Virus record (IMG/VR): IMGVR_UViG_3300027749_000046
DNA from: a virus
Direction: 5' to 3' (one strand)
Length of the DNA: 64,000 nucleotides
Every line of letters begins with the position of its first letter. Position 1 is the first letter of the stretch. Shown here piece after piece: positions 62,956 to 64,000 of the stretch. Made by a program: the position numbers and the translations under genes. Under the pieces are notes generated by a model, which ran no database searches, was not told where the DNA came from, and saw only the letters and a program-made list of their open reading frames with translations.

Positions 62956-64000
62956 TACTTAAACCCCGCAAATTTAGCTTTGTCAAACTTCTTACCCTTC
63001 TTGCCTCTCTCTTTATCCTCGTCGCCGAAACCGGTAGAGTCAAATACCGGGCCGTCTAGAAGATCAGACTGAGAAGACTGCTCTGTGTCGTACAGTCTCA
63101 TCCTAGACCTGTCGATACCAATCACGAACCTCCTGTTCATTGCCGGATCATTATAGCGATTCTTGAGCTGCTTTACCATGAGCTGATTTAAGCCCTGCAG
63201 CTCTTCAGTGGAGATAAGTGCGAACATGAAGTCGGCCGTTGCCGGAAGACCAAATGACTCGGATGTGTCCTCGAGACCGACATCAGAGCTGGAGTAGCCG
63301 GTACGAGTAGTCTGAGTTGCAGACATAATCGGAACGTTGAACTCGACGGCTAGGCCGCGGAGCTCCTCGGCGATGGCCTTGATGTAGGTGTACGAGTTTA
63401 CGTTAGCACTGAACTTAAGTCGAGAAGACATGCAGATATTAAGGTAGTCGATATAGATAATATCCGGCGTGAAGTTCTTCTTGAGCTTGAGCTCGTTGAG
63501 TAGATGCCTGAAGTTGGCAGAGCCAGCTGAGGCAGTTGGGTACTCCTTGATGATCAGCTTGCCGACCGTCTTAGACCTTACCTTCTCTACTTTCTTGTCG
63601 TATAGATCCCTTGGTAGCAGCGAGAGCTCGTCCATCGTCACATTGAGGAGGTTTGCGTCAATACGCTTGGCGATCTCCTCCTCGGCCATTTCCATAGTGA
63701 TGTAGAGCACTCGCTGCCCCTTGGTTAGGTTACCCGCAGCGCAGTGGCCCATGAAGAGCGACTTGCCGACGCCAGTGCCCGCGAGTGCAATGTTGAGCGT
63801 CTTGTTGGGTAACCCGCCGTTCGTGATCTGATTGAAGTAATCAAGATCGAACGGAACTCTGTTTAGTTTTTGGTGGTAGAACTCATATCGACTATCGGCG
63901 TCTTCTAGGAAGTCGTGACCGATATGAGTGTCGAAGCTGACGCCGAGTGCGTCGCTCAAGATCTGCGGGATAGCTCCAGCAGACTGCTTTCCAGTCTTGT
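62955..64000 (-). CDS. gp41: Replicative DNA helicase gp41 (partial; 5' end outside the window)
   Basis: AGTGVGKS, YITMEMAEE, IDYLNIC, SATQTTR, DTSESFGLPATAD, QLKNRY. Confidence 0.97.
   Translation of the reverse strand, partial: KTGKQSAGAIPQILSDALGVSFDTHIGHDFLEDADSRYEFYHQKLNRVPFDLDYFNQITNGGLPNKTLNIALAGTGVGKSLFMGHCAAGNLTKGQRVLYITMEMAEEEIAKRIDANLLNVTMDELSLLPRDLYDKKVEKVRSKTVGKLIIKEYPTASAGSANFRHLLNELKLKKNFTPDIIYIDYLNICMSSRLKFSANVNSYTYIKAIAEELRGLAVEFNVPIMSATQTTRTGYSSSDVGLEDTSESFGLPATADFMFALISTEELQGLNQLMVKQLKNRYNDPAMNRRFVIGIDRSRMRLYDTEQSSQSDLLDGPVFDSTGFGDEDKERGKKGKKFDKAKFAGFK

Noticed and set aside
63959-64000. gp41 start at 63959 as given by the ORF track
   Set aside because: The frame stays open to the window edge and the N-terminal domain is missing, so the real start lies outside the window

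Overview
A 64-kb segment of a large T4-like (Tevenvirinae-related) myophage genome. The host is probably alphaproteobacterial, judging from a circularly permuted two-piece tmRNA and a Rhizobiales-like tRNA-Ile2. From left to right: (1) a minus-strand tail fibre and baseplate block (partial fibre, two VrlC-like proteins, gp8, gp7, gp6, gp25, PAAR, a three-part gp5 region, hub, gp53, gp48); (2) a plus-strand block (gp4, gp2, gp54, gp26/gp51, a holin-like protein, two paralogous peptidoglycan-hydrolase proteins); (3) minus-strand replication and metabolism genes (gp32, gp59, gp33, tRNAs, tmRNA, exonuclease, PhoH, RNase H, glycosyltransferase, dehydratase, SpeD, glutaredoxin, nrdB, nrdA, thyX, primase); (4) a late-expressed accessory block ending at the gp41 helicase. 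The most interesting items are: six genes that all begin with a T4 capsid-targeting-like sequence, including a putative ligase, HAD phosphatase, HxGH nucleotidyltransferase and nuclease (a possible virion-delivered repair or anti-defence kit); a putative protease-processed polyprotein; two unassigned structured RNAs under late promoters; an atypical long-arm tRNA(UAU); the permuted tmRNA; and a probable -1 frameshift fusing gp26 to gp51. All family assignments come from motif recognition and synteny, not database searches.
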